Part shown: in pieces, positions 55,595-64,000 of the stretch
Layout: each line of letters opens with the position of its first letter
How positions within the stretch are numbered: the stretch's first letter is position 1
DNA from: Candidatus Anstonella stagnisolia
Lineage (GTDB): Archaea > Micrarchaeota > Micrarchaeia > Anstonellales > Anstonellaceae
Assembly (NCBI GenBank): GCA_902384585.1
Contig: CABMCJ010000004.1
Coordinates: forward strand, 322,086 to 386,085
Reading direction: 5' to 3'
DNA: 64,000 nucleotides
Notes under the pieces: generated by a model
Told to the model about the DNA's origin: nothing
What the model saw: the letters and a program-made list of their open reading frames with translations, nothing else
The model's database searches: none
Program-made: the position numbers and the translations under genes

Positions 55595-56614
55595 CTAGCT
55601 GCCCCTGCAGCGGTTTGTCTCTATGTCGCACGTTGAGCCAGGGCAGTCGGAATTGCCTGTGCACGCAAGCGTGATGCAGCGGTAGAGGGTTGGCGAATTC
55701 TGCCTCAGGTCGCAGCGCTCGTTGTACTTGCAGTTCTGGTTGCTTGTGCAGAAGCCTACGCGGGTCTCGCATGCGTGGTTCTTGCTGCACGTCTGCCACT
55801 GCCCGCACTCCGTGTCGTCCGAGCATGAGCCCGGGCGGGAGATGCACCTTTGCTTGGATGGGTCGCATATCTGCCATGGTTGGCAGTCGCCAAGGGAATT
55901 GCACAGGTCGCGCTTTGCCTGGCATTTGTGCGCAGTGTAATTGCAAAGCTGCCAGCTTGAGCAGTCCTCTTCCTTTGCGCAAAAGCCCGAGCCGGTTATG
56001 CAGCGGTGGAGCTCTGAAGAGCACACCTGCCAGCGCGAGCAGTCAAGGTCGTTGTTGCAGAAATCAGGGCGAAGCGCGCAAACGTGCGAAGATGTGTTGC
56101 ACGTCTGCCAGCCCCGGCAGTCAATGTCAAGTGCGCACTTGCCATCCAGCGGGTAGCACGTGCGGCTTGTCACGTTGCACTGCTGCCAGCTGTCGCAGTC
56201 AAATTGCGTGTAGCAGCTTCCGGGCTTTGGCACGCACGTGTGCTTTGACTGGCTGCACACCTCAAATGAGGAGGGGCACATTGAATCGGAATCGCAGAAG
56301 CCCGCCTTCGGGCGGCACGTGTTTGCTGAAACCTGGCAGGACTGCCAGCTTTCGCAGTCTGGGTTTGCGCGGCACTTGTTGAACTGGAACGTGCACATGC
56401 TTGTTTTTGAGTCGCAGAACTTGAGGGTGTCGTTGCATGCGGCGTCGTTGGTGCAGTAGCCCTCGCGTGGCACGCACTGCTTTTTCGCAACGTCGCAGAA
56501 TTGGTAGGACTTGCAGTTCTTGTCAGATGTGCAGCTTGTGGTTGAAGTGCATCCGAAGAGCACCATAAAGCCTGCGATAAAAAGCATCCCGAGCGCGAAA
56601 AGTTTCCAATTCAT
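55595..56614 (-). CDS. Lipoprotein of 12 tandem four-Cys repeats
   Basis: Lipobox LFGC; ~26-aa unit C-x5-C-xx-WQ-x-C-x6-C. Confidence 0.87.
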   Translation of the reverse strand: MNWKLFALGMLFIAGFMVLFGCTSTTSCTSDKNCKSYQFCDVAKKQCVPREGYCTNDAACNDTLKFCDSKTSMCTFQFNKCRANPDCESWQSCQVSANTCRPKAGFCDSDSMCPSSFEVCSQSKHTCVPKPGSCYTQFDCDSWQQCNVTSRTCYPLDGKCALDIDCRGWQTCNTSSHVCALRPDFCNNDLDCSRWQVCSSELHRCITGSGFCAKEEDCSSWQLCNYTAHKCQAKRDLCNSLGDCQPWQICDPSKQRCISRPGSCSDDTECGQWQTCSKNHACETRVGFCTSNQNCKYNERCDLRQNSPTLYRCITLACTGNSDCPGSTCDIETNRCRGS

Positions 56615-56672
56615 AGTACCACGTTGTTTTCCAATTTGCCTATATATATTAATATTGATTTCGCTGCTGCGG

Positions 56673-57443
56673 CTAGAGCAGGGTTGAAAGGGAAGAGGAT
56701 GCGACAGCGCAAAAGAGCGCAAGCATCACGAGCGTGAAGAGCAGGAGCGCAACCTGCAAAAGCGAGATTGCCTGCGAGATTTTCCCCTTTGAGTCCGACA
56801 GGTTTTCCTTTATTGTGCCGATGTCGGCTGAGAGGGCGCGTGCGCTTGCACTAACGCCTGCGAGCGAGGCGCCTGAGGAGCCTATGCCAGATGCCGCCGT
56901 GGAGAAAGAGGCGGATGCGTCGCGAAGCTTCTTTGCGGAATCCGTGAAGGAGGCGGACGAGCCGCTTATTGCGGAGAGCGCGCCAAGGGAGGAAGAAAGG
57001 GACTGCAGGGAATCCGCTGTTTGCGAGGAAAAAGAAGCGTAGCTGGAAAGCGCAAAGGAAACGTTGGAGGCTGCGGGCGCAGCCGTGTCAAGCGCGTCCG
57101 CCGCGTACGAGGTGCCGCTTTGCAGGTCCCCCACCGCGACTATTATGCCGTCAATCTGCGCAGAGCTTGTCTGCTGCGCAATCGAGAGCACGGAATTCAT
57201 TGTCAAAAATGCCGCGAGCGTTATCAGCATGCCCGCAACGCTTAGGAGTATTGCTATTACTGAGAGGGCAAGCCTGCCTGCTTTGCGCAAGTTCTGCGGA
57301 ATCTGGGGAAGCTGCAAATCAGGGCCGGATGCACCCCTTGTGCCTGAATCCGCGGATTGGGCGCCTGCCTTTTGGGCAGGGGTTGCAAATTGCTGCCCGC
57401 TTGCCTGCTTTTTTGCATTTGAGTTTTCCGAATCCTTGTCCAT
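56673..57443 (-). CDS. Two-TM membrane protein with Ala/Ser-rich helical ectodomain
   Basis: Hydrophobic segments near both ends. Confidence 0.75.
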   Translation of the reverse strand: MDKDSENSNAKKQASGQQFATPAQKAGAQSADSGTRGASGPDLQLPQIPQNLRKAGRLALSVIAILLSVAGMLITLAAFLTMNSVLSIAQQTSSAQIDGIIVAVGDLQSGTSYAADALDTAAPAASNVSFALSSYASFSSQTADSLQSLSSSLGALSAISGSSASFTDSAKKLRDASASFSTAASGIGSSGASLAGVSASARALSADIGTIKENLSDSKGKISQAISLLQVALLLFTLVMLALFCAVASSSLSTLL

Positions 57444-57488
57444 CCGAATCACACTATGAGTTCATGCTGGCTGAAAGCCCAAAACTCC

Positions 57489-59408
57489 CTAAAGCCCCTT
57501 GTGCCTTCTCTTGTGAAGGTACCAGACAACTATGCCTGCAACAAGAAGCACAATTATGGCGAGCCCGCCCACTGCGATTGCGATGTAGCTCAGGGTGCGG
57601 GCATTGCTTGCCTCGCGCGTTGCGGAATCAACAGCCTCTATTGCAAGCGAGCTTGCCTTGTCTGGGTCAGTGGGTGCAGCGTCAGATGCCTGCGAAAGCA
57701 GGGTGCGCGCCGGCTGCGTGTTGGGGTAGAAGATGAGCTTCTCGCCCTCAATCTTCTGCACCTGCGCCTGCGAGCGGTTTATTGCGTCAAATGCGACGGA
57801 TGCCGCGGATATTTTCTGCTCAAGGCCGGCTGAAAGGCTTGCAAGCTGCGTTGACACCTGCTCAAGTGCCGCATCCGCATCCGCAAAGCTTGAGCTTTGG
57901 GCCTGCGACCTTGCAAGGTCAAGGAGCGAGGATATTTGGGAGGAGTCAAGGGGCTGCCTGTTCGCAGCAGCCTTTGCAGAAAGCTCGGTGAGGGAAGCGC
58001 GCTTTGCGGCTATGCGGGAATAGTATTCCTGCTGCTGCGCGCTGGCTGCGTTGTTTTGCTCCGCAGCCACTGCCCCGCCTGCTGCTGAAACGAACGAGCT
58101 TGAGAGCGAAGGGAGCTGGAGCGCAACGTCCGCGGCATTTTGGAAATCCCCTATTGAGATTGAGGTCTCGACCTGCGAAACCTTTGAAGCAAGCGCCGTG
58201 CGGTTTGGCGCAAGGGATTCCGGAGTGGAGCTTTCGGTGTATTGCGCGAGCGCACCGGTTGCGTTTGCCTCAAGCTTGCGCAGGCTTATTGTGACCTGCT
58301 GCGAAAGCGTTGGGTACTGGGTGTCGGCTGCCTGCTTTGCCGAGCGCGCCTGGTCTGATGCGTCCGAATACTGGAAATTCGAATATGATGCTGATGCGCT
58401 TTCAAGCAGCGGGGCTGCGGTATTTTGCACCCCGATGCCAAGCGTTGCTGCAACGGAAATCAGGGACTGCAGTTTTGCAACTGACGCGTTTGCGTCGCTT
58501 ATCTGCGCAAGCACGGTCTGGTTGCCTTCGGGCCGGGTTATGCCGTAAACTTTCACGACTGAATTGCCAGTGTCCGCAACGTAGAGCATCCCGTTTGCGA
58601 TGGCAAGGTCGGTCGGATTATTCAATGCGCCGCCATCTGATGCAGAGAACGTTTCAAGGGGGTAGCCGTCAAGTGAGAACACCGCTATGCGGTTGTTTGA
58701 GCTGTCGGAAACGTAAAGCAGGCTGTTGTCAACGTACAAGCCCTTGGGGTGCCAAAGCTGCACGCCTCCCTTGCCAATGCCTATGCTTTGCAGGAACGTG
58801 AAGTTGGAATCGAACACCGCGACTCTGTTGTTGTCCGTGTCCGCCACATAGAACCTCCCGTTGTAAAGCGCAAGGTCGCTGGGGTTCGAAAGCGCGTCGT
58901 TGCCGCCTCCTGCGAAAGTCCAGTAATTCAGGGTGACGCCGCGCGACTTTGACAATTCGGATATTTTCGAGGAATGCATGTCAAGCACGAAAATCGAGTC
59001 GCCTGAAAACACAAGCGAGGTTGGGCTTGGGAATTCGTTCAGCTTGCCCAGGTTCTCAAACTGCGAGGATGAGAGGGCGATGCGCACGTTTGAGCCGCGG
59101 AAATCAGCCACGTATGTTTTTCCTGATGCCTCGTCATAGCGTATGCCCCTTGGGCCGTCAAGCAGGCCGCTTCCGCCCGAGCGCGTCACCACGGTGTTGT
59201 TTGAGAGCACGTAAATGAACTTGTTGGATTCGTCGGCAACGTAGAGGTAGCCGTTGTAATAGTCAAGCCCCGTGGGCTCCGTGAAATTGTTTGAATACGC
59301 CGTGCCTGTCGGCCCCATGCCGTCCAGGGTCTGCACGTACGTGAAAGTTGCAAACGTGCATGCGAAAAGGGACAACAATGCGAATAATGCAAATAACTGC
59401 CTTGCCAT
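57489..59408 (-). CDS. NHL-repeat beta-propeller surface protein with helical stalk and C-terminal TM anchor
   Basis: Signal peptide, repeated YVAD..N.R motifs, C-terminal TM plus KRRHK. Confidence 0.88.
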   Translation of the reverse strand: MARQLFALFALLSLFACTFATFTYVQTLDGMGPTGTAYSNNFTEPTGLDYYNGYLYVADESNKFIYVLSNNTVVTRSGGSGLLDGPRGIRYDEASGKTYVADFRGSNVRIALSSSQFENLGKLNEFPSPTSLVFSGDSIFVLDMHSSKISELSKSRGVTLNYWTFAGGGNDALSNPSDLALYNGRFYVADTDNNRVAVFDSNFTFLQSIGIGKGGVQLWHPKGLYVDNSLLYVSDSSNNRIAVFSLDGYPLETFSASDGGALNNPTDLAIANGMLYVADTGNSVVKVYGITRPEGNQTVLAQISDANASVAKLQSLISVAATLGIGVQNTAAPLLESASASYSNFQYSDASDQARSAKQAADTQYPTLSQQVTISLRKLEANATGALAQYTESSTPESLAPNRTALASKVSQVETSISIGDFQNAADVALQLPSLSSSFVSAAGGAVAAEQNNAASAQQQEYYSRIAAKRASLTELSAKAAANRQPLDSSQISSLLDLARSQAQSSSFADADAALEQVSTQLASLSAGLEQKISAASVAFDAINRSQAQVQKIEGEKLIFYPNTQPARTLLSQASDAAPTDPDKASSLAIEAVDSATREASNARTLSYIAIAVGGLAIIVLLVAGIVVWYLHKRRHKGL

Positions 59409-59512
59409 AAATACACCCCGCAATAGAAGGAAATCAGGATAATATAAACGTTAGCTTTTCTTTTTTCCCTATGGGCGTTAGGTTTTTAGATGCAGCCATT
59501 GGAAATGTGCCT

Positions 59513-60319
59513 ATGGGGAAAAAAGCAGTGCTTTTTGACATGGACGGGGTCGTGTTCATAGGGAACACGCCGGTTTTGGGAGTGAGGAAGGCTGTTGAAG
59601 AATTGCGCTCAAAAGGCGTGTGCGTGCTCTTTGTCACGAACAATGCGACAAAGACAAGGGAAATGTTCGTTGAGAAACTGGGGAAGATGGGAATTGGGGC
59701 TGCACGGGACGAGATAATGTGCGCGGCGTTTGGGGTTACTCAATATTTGCGCGGGAAGTATGGGAGGAGGAAGGCAAGGGCGTTTGTGGTCGGGGAGAAG
59801 GGGCTCTTTGAGGAGATAAGGAAAGCCGGCTTTGAAATCGTGAATGGGAAAAATATGGCTTCAGATTTTGTTGTGTGCGGGCTGGACAGGGAATTCACTT
59901 ATTTGAAGGCTGCTGCCGCGCTGTCGCATTTGAAAAACGGGGCTGAACTTTTTGGGGCAAACGCGGATGCGACTTACCCTACTGAGAAAGGGATTATGCC
60001 GGGAAGCGGCTCCATACTTGCGATGCTGGAAAAGGCATCCGGAAAAAAAGCGTTTGTGCTGGGCAAGCCCAATTCTTATTTGCTTGAGGAGCATTTGAAA
60101 CTGCACAATGTGGAAAAAAAGGACGCGGTTTTTGTGGGGGACAGGCTGGACATTGACATTGCGGTTGCGAACAAGTGCGGCATATATTCCGTGCTTGTGC
60201 TGAGCGGGATTGCGAGCGCGCAAGACGCCAAGCGCGCGCCTTTTGAATGGAAGCCAAAAGAAACCATACGCAGCGCTGCGCAAATCGGGAAAGTGCTGGA
60301 AAAATTAGGCTGGATTTAA
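59513..60319 (+). CDS. HAD-IIA family hydrolase (NagD-like)
   Basis: FDMDGV, VTNN, GKP and VGDRLDIDI motifs. Confidence 0.92.
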   Translation: MGKKAVLFDMDGVVFIGNTPVLGVRKAVEELRSKGVCVLFVTNNATKTREMFVEKLGKMGIGAARDEIMCAAFGVTQYLRGKYGRRKARAFVVGEKGLFEEIRKAGFEIVNGKNMASDFVVCGLDREFTYLKAAAALSHLKNGAELFGANADATYPTEKGIMPGSGSILAMLEKASGKKAFVLGKPNSYLLEEHLKLHNVEKKDAVFVGDRLDIDIAVANKCGIYSVLVLSGIASAQDAKRAPFEWKPKETIRSAAQIGKVLEKLGWI

Positions 60320-60331
60320 ATTAGGGGGTGA

Positions 60332-60374
60332 AACCTCAGGGGGCGCTTGGGAAATGCTTCGTGCCCCCTAGGTT
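60332..60374. repeat. GC-rich hairpin between convergent genes
   Basis: AACCT-C-AGGGGGCGC..GTGCCCCCT-AGGTT. Confidence 0.65.
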
Positions 60375-60705
60375 AGAACGGGCTCTTGAATATTTCCCGT
60401 ATCGCGGTGTCCACGTTCTCCTCCACCTGCGCGTCGTGTATCGCGTCCTGCGCATTTGCGGAGGATGAGGATGAAGAGGAGGAATTCTCTGAGAGCACCT
60501 GCTGCACATCCTGCGAAGTTTGCGAAGGCTGCGGCAACTGCTGCTGCCCTCCGGAAAGAAGCGAGCTTATTGTGATTTGTATCCCTGCGGAACACGAGGG
60601 GCACTTTGCACAAATCGTGAGGTCTTCCACGGACATGTCCGAAGAGAAATCAAAGGAATTGTTTGCGCCGCATTTGCACGGGACGTATTTTTTTAATGAG
60701 ACCAT
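60373..60705 (-). CDS. Small putative zinc-binding hypothetical protein
   Basis: CKCG..CPSC motifs, Ser/Gln-rich linker; GAGGTG SD. Confidence 0.75.
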   Translation of the reverse strand: MVSLKKYVPCKCGANNSFDFSSDMSVEDLTICAKCPSCSAGIQITISSLLSGGQQQLPQPSQTSQDVQQVLSENSSSSSSSSANAQDAIHDAQVEENVDTAIREIFKSPF

Positions 60706-60722
60706 TTTTCCACCTCTTAGTT

Positions 60723-62504
60723 TTACTCAACTGTCACGGACTTCGCAAGGTTGCGCGGCTTGTCTGGGTCCTTGTCTAGTTTAATTGCCATATGATATGC
60801 TAGAAGTTGCAGAGGAATTGTGTATGCGATTGCTTCGAATAAAGTAGGGCAATCTGGCATCTTGAATTTTAGATTACATTCTTCGAGAACTGCATCAGAG
60901 TCAGAAATACCTACAATAAACGCTCCTCTCGCATTGCATTCTTTTATGCTTGAGATTATCTTGAAAACGTTGCCTGCATTTTGAGGCGCTATTACAATTA
61001 CGGGAATTCCTTCTTCAAGAAGAGATAATGGACCATGTTTGAGCTCGCCTGCTGCGTATGCTTCTGCATGTAAATAGGTAATTTCCTTGAGTTTGAGGGC
61101 ACCTTCCATTGCTACAGGGTGTGCTGCGCCCCTGCCTATGAAAAAGAAATCTTCGTGCTTCGAAAGTTCTGCTGAAATGTCATTTATTTCCTTGTCTTTT
61201 GATATAACTGCTTCGATAACTGCCGACAAATCCCTGATTTTTTCCTTTATTTCATTTATATTTTCACCTGCGCAGACTGCTGCCAGCATATACAAAATTG
61301 CGACTTGAGAGGTAAAACTCTTTGTAGCTACCACTGAGATTTCTGGACCCGCCCCGGTGTAGATGCACGAATCCGCTTCTCTTGAAAGAGAACTGCCAAT
61401 TACATTGGTTATTCCTATTATGCGAGCTCCTTTTGTTTTTGCAAACCTTACGGCAGAAAGAGTATCTGCTGTTTCTCCAGATTGGCTTATTGCTACAACT
61501 ACAGTGTTCTTATCGACAACTTGCGCCTGCAATGAACCGGGTGGCGTTGAATACTCGGAGCCTATTACTACGTCTGACCTAAATCCATAATTTGCAAGGC
61601 GTAATTTGAAAAGCAATGCCGCATGGTAAGATGTACCACATGCGATTATTGATATGTATTTTGACTTTTTCAACAGTTTTGCTGCAGAAGTAACGTCTGT
61701 TGCGAGCACGTTGCGTATGGAATTCTGCTGCTCTGAAATTTCCTTTATCATGAAGTGCGCGTACCCTTCCTTCTGCGCCATTTGGGGGGTCCAGTCAACG
61801 TGCGTCGGGGCGCGGGAGATTTTTGCGCCGGAGAGGGAATAGATTTCGTACCCTTCTTTTGTAATTTCTGCCGCCTCGTTCTCTTGGAGGAAAACAAAAT
61901 CGCGCGTGTGCGAAAGCACTGCGGGCATGTCGGATGCGAAAAACATTTCATTCTTTCCAACGCCGATTATGAGGGGGGAGCTTTTGCGTGCGCCGTAAAG
62001 CTTTTGCTCGCCCTTGTGCATCACTACAAAGGAGAAGGAGCCCTCTATTTTTTGCAGTGCCGAGAGGAATGCGCCCTTGAAATCTTTTGCTTTTTTTAGT
62101 TCAAGGGAAATGAGGTGCGCCATGAGCTCCGTGTCGGTTTCAGAACGGAACTTGCAGCCTGCTTTTTGGAGCTTTTCGCGAAGCGTTTGGAAATTCTCTA
62201 TTATGCCGTTGTGCACTAGGCAGATTTCGCCGGACTCGTCAGTGTGCGGGTGCGCGTTCATGGAATTCACGCCACCATGCGTTGCCCAGCGCGTGTGACC
62301 CATCCCGATAGTGCCCTCCAGGGAAGAGAAATTGTGCTTTTTTTCTATTTCTGCGAGCTTTCCTACGTCTTTTATTATCTGTATGGAAGAATTCAGCACT
62401 GCTATGCCTGCAGAGTCGTAGCCTCTGTACTCGACGTTTTTGAGCGCCTCAAGAACAACGAGGGAGGCTTTTTTGTTTCCTATGTAACCTACTATGCCGC
62501 ACAT
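60723..62504 (-). CDS. glmS: Glutamine--fructose-6-phosphate transaminase
   Basis: MCGIVG, EYRGYDSAG, GHTRWATHG, SQSGETADT and PRNLAKSVTVE motifs. Confidence 0.97.
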   Translation of the reverse strand: MCGIVGYIGNKKASLVVLEALKNVEYRGYDSAGIAVLNSSIQIIKDVGKLAEIEKKHNFSSLEGTIGMGHTRWATHGGVNSMNAHPHTDESGEICLVHNGIIENFQTLREKLQKAGCKFRSETDTELMAHLISLELKKAKDFKGAFLSALQKIEGSFSFVVMHKGEQKLYGARKSSPLIIGVGKNEMFFASDMPAVLSHTRDFVFLQENEAAEITKEGYEIYSLSGAKISRAPTHVDWTPQMAQKEGYAHFMIKEISEQQNSIRNVLATDVTSAAKLLKKSKYISIIACGTSYHAALLFKLRLANYGFRSDVVIGSEYSTPPGSLQAQVVDKNTVVVAISQSGETADTLSAVRFAKTKGARIIGITNVIGSSLSREADSCIYTGAGPEISVVATKSFTSQVAILYMLAAVCAGENINEIKEKIRDLSAVIEAVISKDKEINDISAELSKHEDFFFIGRGAAHPVAMEGALKLKEITYLHAEAYAAGELKHGPLSLLEEGIPVIVIAPQNAGNVFKIISSIKECNARGAFIVGISDSDAVLEECNLKFKMPDCPTLFEAIAYTIPLQLLAYHMAIKLDKDPDKPRNLAKSVTVE

Positions 62505-62524
62505 AAAAATGCCTTTTTGGAAAA

Positions 62525-62719
62525 TTATACTTTTTCGCCGATTGCAAAGGTGCGTTTTAGGGCAGTTATTTTCACCTTTATTTTTTCGCCCACCCGCGCG
62601 CCCGCAATGAAAATCACGAAGCCCTCGACATGCGCAATGCCGTCCCCTTTTGCGCCCTGCGCGTCTATCGTAACCTCGTACTCCTTGCCTTCCTCAACGG
62701 GCCGATTTATGCCGTCCAT
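62525..62719 (-). CDS. Single TRAM domain RNA-binding protein
   Basis: PVEEGKEYEVTI..GAKGDGIAHVEGFVIFI. Confidence 0.9.
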   Translation of the reverse strand: MDGINRPVEEGKEYEVTIDAQGAKGDGIAHVEGFVIFIAGARVGEKIKVKITALKRTFAIGEKV

Positions 62720-62873
62720 GCTCCCACCCCTTATGGGAAAATACAAAGGGGAAATTAATAAAATGCACTATTTCGGGACGGGATGGGAGGGATGAAAACA
62801 CACGTGAGAGGACTTGAAATAACTTTAAATATTCTTTGTGAGATAGCATAACAAAATGGAGAGGTGGATTCAT

Positions 62874-63350
62874 ATGAACAAGGTAGTAGCGTTAAAGGAG
62901 TTAAGTGTAGATGCCGTTAGGAAAGCAGAAAAGAAAGGGACTGGGCAGAAACTGTGCACATTTGGGACGGCACGCCGTGGAATGAGCGCTGCAAATAAAT
63001 TGCTTGAAAGCGGGAAATCTGTACCTGCACAGGCAAGCGAACCGGGGCAGCGGGCTGCAGAAACTGAAGGGAAGTTTGGCTTGGAAGAGAAGAGGACGAT
63101 TGCAGAAGCGTATGTTACTCTGTACGATGCAGGGCGCATACCAAAGAACAGGAAAAACGACCAGATGCGCGCTGAACTTGATGGGGCGCTTGCAGGGATT
63201 GCACACGAAGGCGACTACTCGCCAATAGTAGAAATGCAAAAAGATGATGGCTGGTGGGCAAGCGCAAAAAACAAAGTGAGCGAAGCCACGCCGATTGTGC
63301 TCAAGGCAGGCTTGCCAAAAGAAGTTGCAGCCGAAGCAGGAAAAATCTGA
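62874..63350 (+). CDS. Hypothetical protein
   Basis: GAGGTG SD before ATG 62874. Confidence 0.6.
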   Translation: MNKVVALKELSVDAVRKAEKKGTGQKLCTFGTARRGMSAANKLLESGKSVPAQASEPGQRAAETEGKFGLEEKRTIAEAYVTLYDAGRIPKNRKNDQMRAELDGALAGIAHEGDYSPIVEMQKDDGWWASAKNKVSEATPIVLKAGLPKEVAAEAGKI

Positions 63351-63368
63351 ACGGACTGCTCTGCTTTT

Positions 63369-64000
63369 TTATTTCCCCTTTATTTTTTTCAGTATCCTTC
63401 CCATTCCCTCAAACATGTCTATTGGAATGGGTATTATCACCGTATTTGAGGGAGTCGGGCCAAGTCCGTCTAAGGTTTGCAATACACGAAGCTGCAAGGC
63501 TCCGGGGCTTGCTGCCATTGTTTTTGCGGCTGATGCGAGGTTTATTGCAGCCTCCTTGTCGCCTTCTGCCTTTATTATGGTGGCGCGCTTTTCGCGCTCT
63601 GCTGCTGCCTGGCGGGACATGAGGCGCTTTAGGTCGTCGGGCACTTCGACGTCCTGCAATTTTATTGCGGTTACGTCCAAGCCCCAGTTCTCGGTTTCCT
63701 TGTCAACAAGCTTGCGTATCTCGTCCCCTGCCTGCTGCCTTTCTGCGAGCACGCCGTCAAGGGACATTCCGCCTATTACATCGCGAAGCGCTGTCTGGGA
63801 ATATTGGGAAATTGCATAGTAGTAGTCTTCGACCTTTATCACTGCGATTTCGGGCTTCTCCACCTTGAAGAAGACAACGCCGTTCACGGATACGGGCACG
63901 TTGTCCTTTGTCATCACCTGCTGGCGGGGAATGTCAATTGTGCGTATGCGCATGTCTATTTTGCGCATTTCCTGTATTATTGGGACTATGAAGGTGATGC
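63369..64000 (-). CDS. SPFH/band 7 (slipin/stomatin-like) protein, 5' end outside the window
   Basis: IDIPRQQVMTKDNV, QTALRDVIG, RQAAAEREKRA and ALQLRVLQTL motifs. Confidence 0.93.
   Translation of the reverse strand, partial: ITFIVPIIQEMRKIDMRIRTIDIPRQQVMTKDNVPVSVNGVVFFKVEKPEIAVIKVEDYYYAISQYSQTALRDVIGGMSLDGVLAERQQAGDEIRKLVDKETENWGLDVTAIKLQDVEVPDDLKRLMSRQAAAEREKRATIIKAEGDKEAAINLASAAKTMAASPGALQLRVLQTLDGLGPTPSNTVIIPIPIDMFEGMGRILKKIKGK

Overview
Archaeal genomic DNA, shown by GGTGA/GGAGG ribosome-binding sites, intron-containing tRNAs, an A1Ao ATP synthase operon, EF-1beta, HerA/Rad50 and archaeal-type ProRS. Gene content and many ORFans suggest a DPANN lineage, probably Micrarchaeota-like (inference). 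The window is mostly housekeeping: glnA, smc, proS, atpHIKECFABD, herA, galT, rad50, korAB, sufS, gdh, glmS and three tRNAs (Ile-GAT and Gln-TTG with introns, Arg-GCG without). Accessory genes include a phytoene/squalene synthase with an FAD reductase, an HD-GYP protein, two tandem amidinotransferases, a RelBE-like pair, Cys-rich surface proteins and several small Cys/Zn peptides missing from the ORF track. The most unusual signal is non-coding. Gene termini are repeatedly duplicated (glnA 3', korB 5', herA 3', a Zn-finger gene 3', atpF 5'), and in glnA and korB the copies flank ~70-bp hairpin inserts. The korB insert begins with a 50/53-nt copy of the tRNA-Gln intron, starting exactly at the intron's first nucleotide. 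glnA also carries a single in-frame TGA. No CRISPR array, integrase, transposase or rRNA was seen. All calls are by eye, without database searches.
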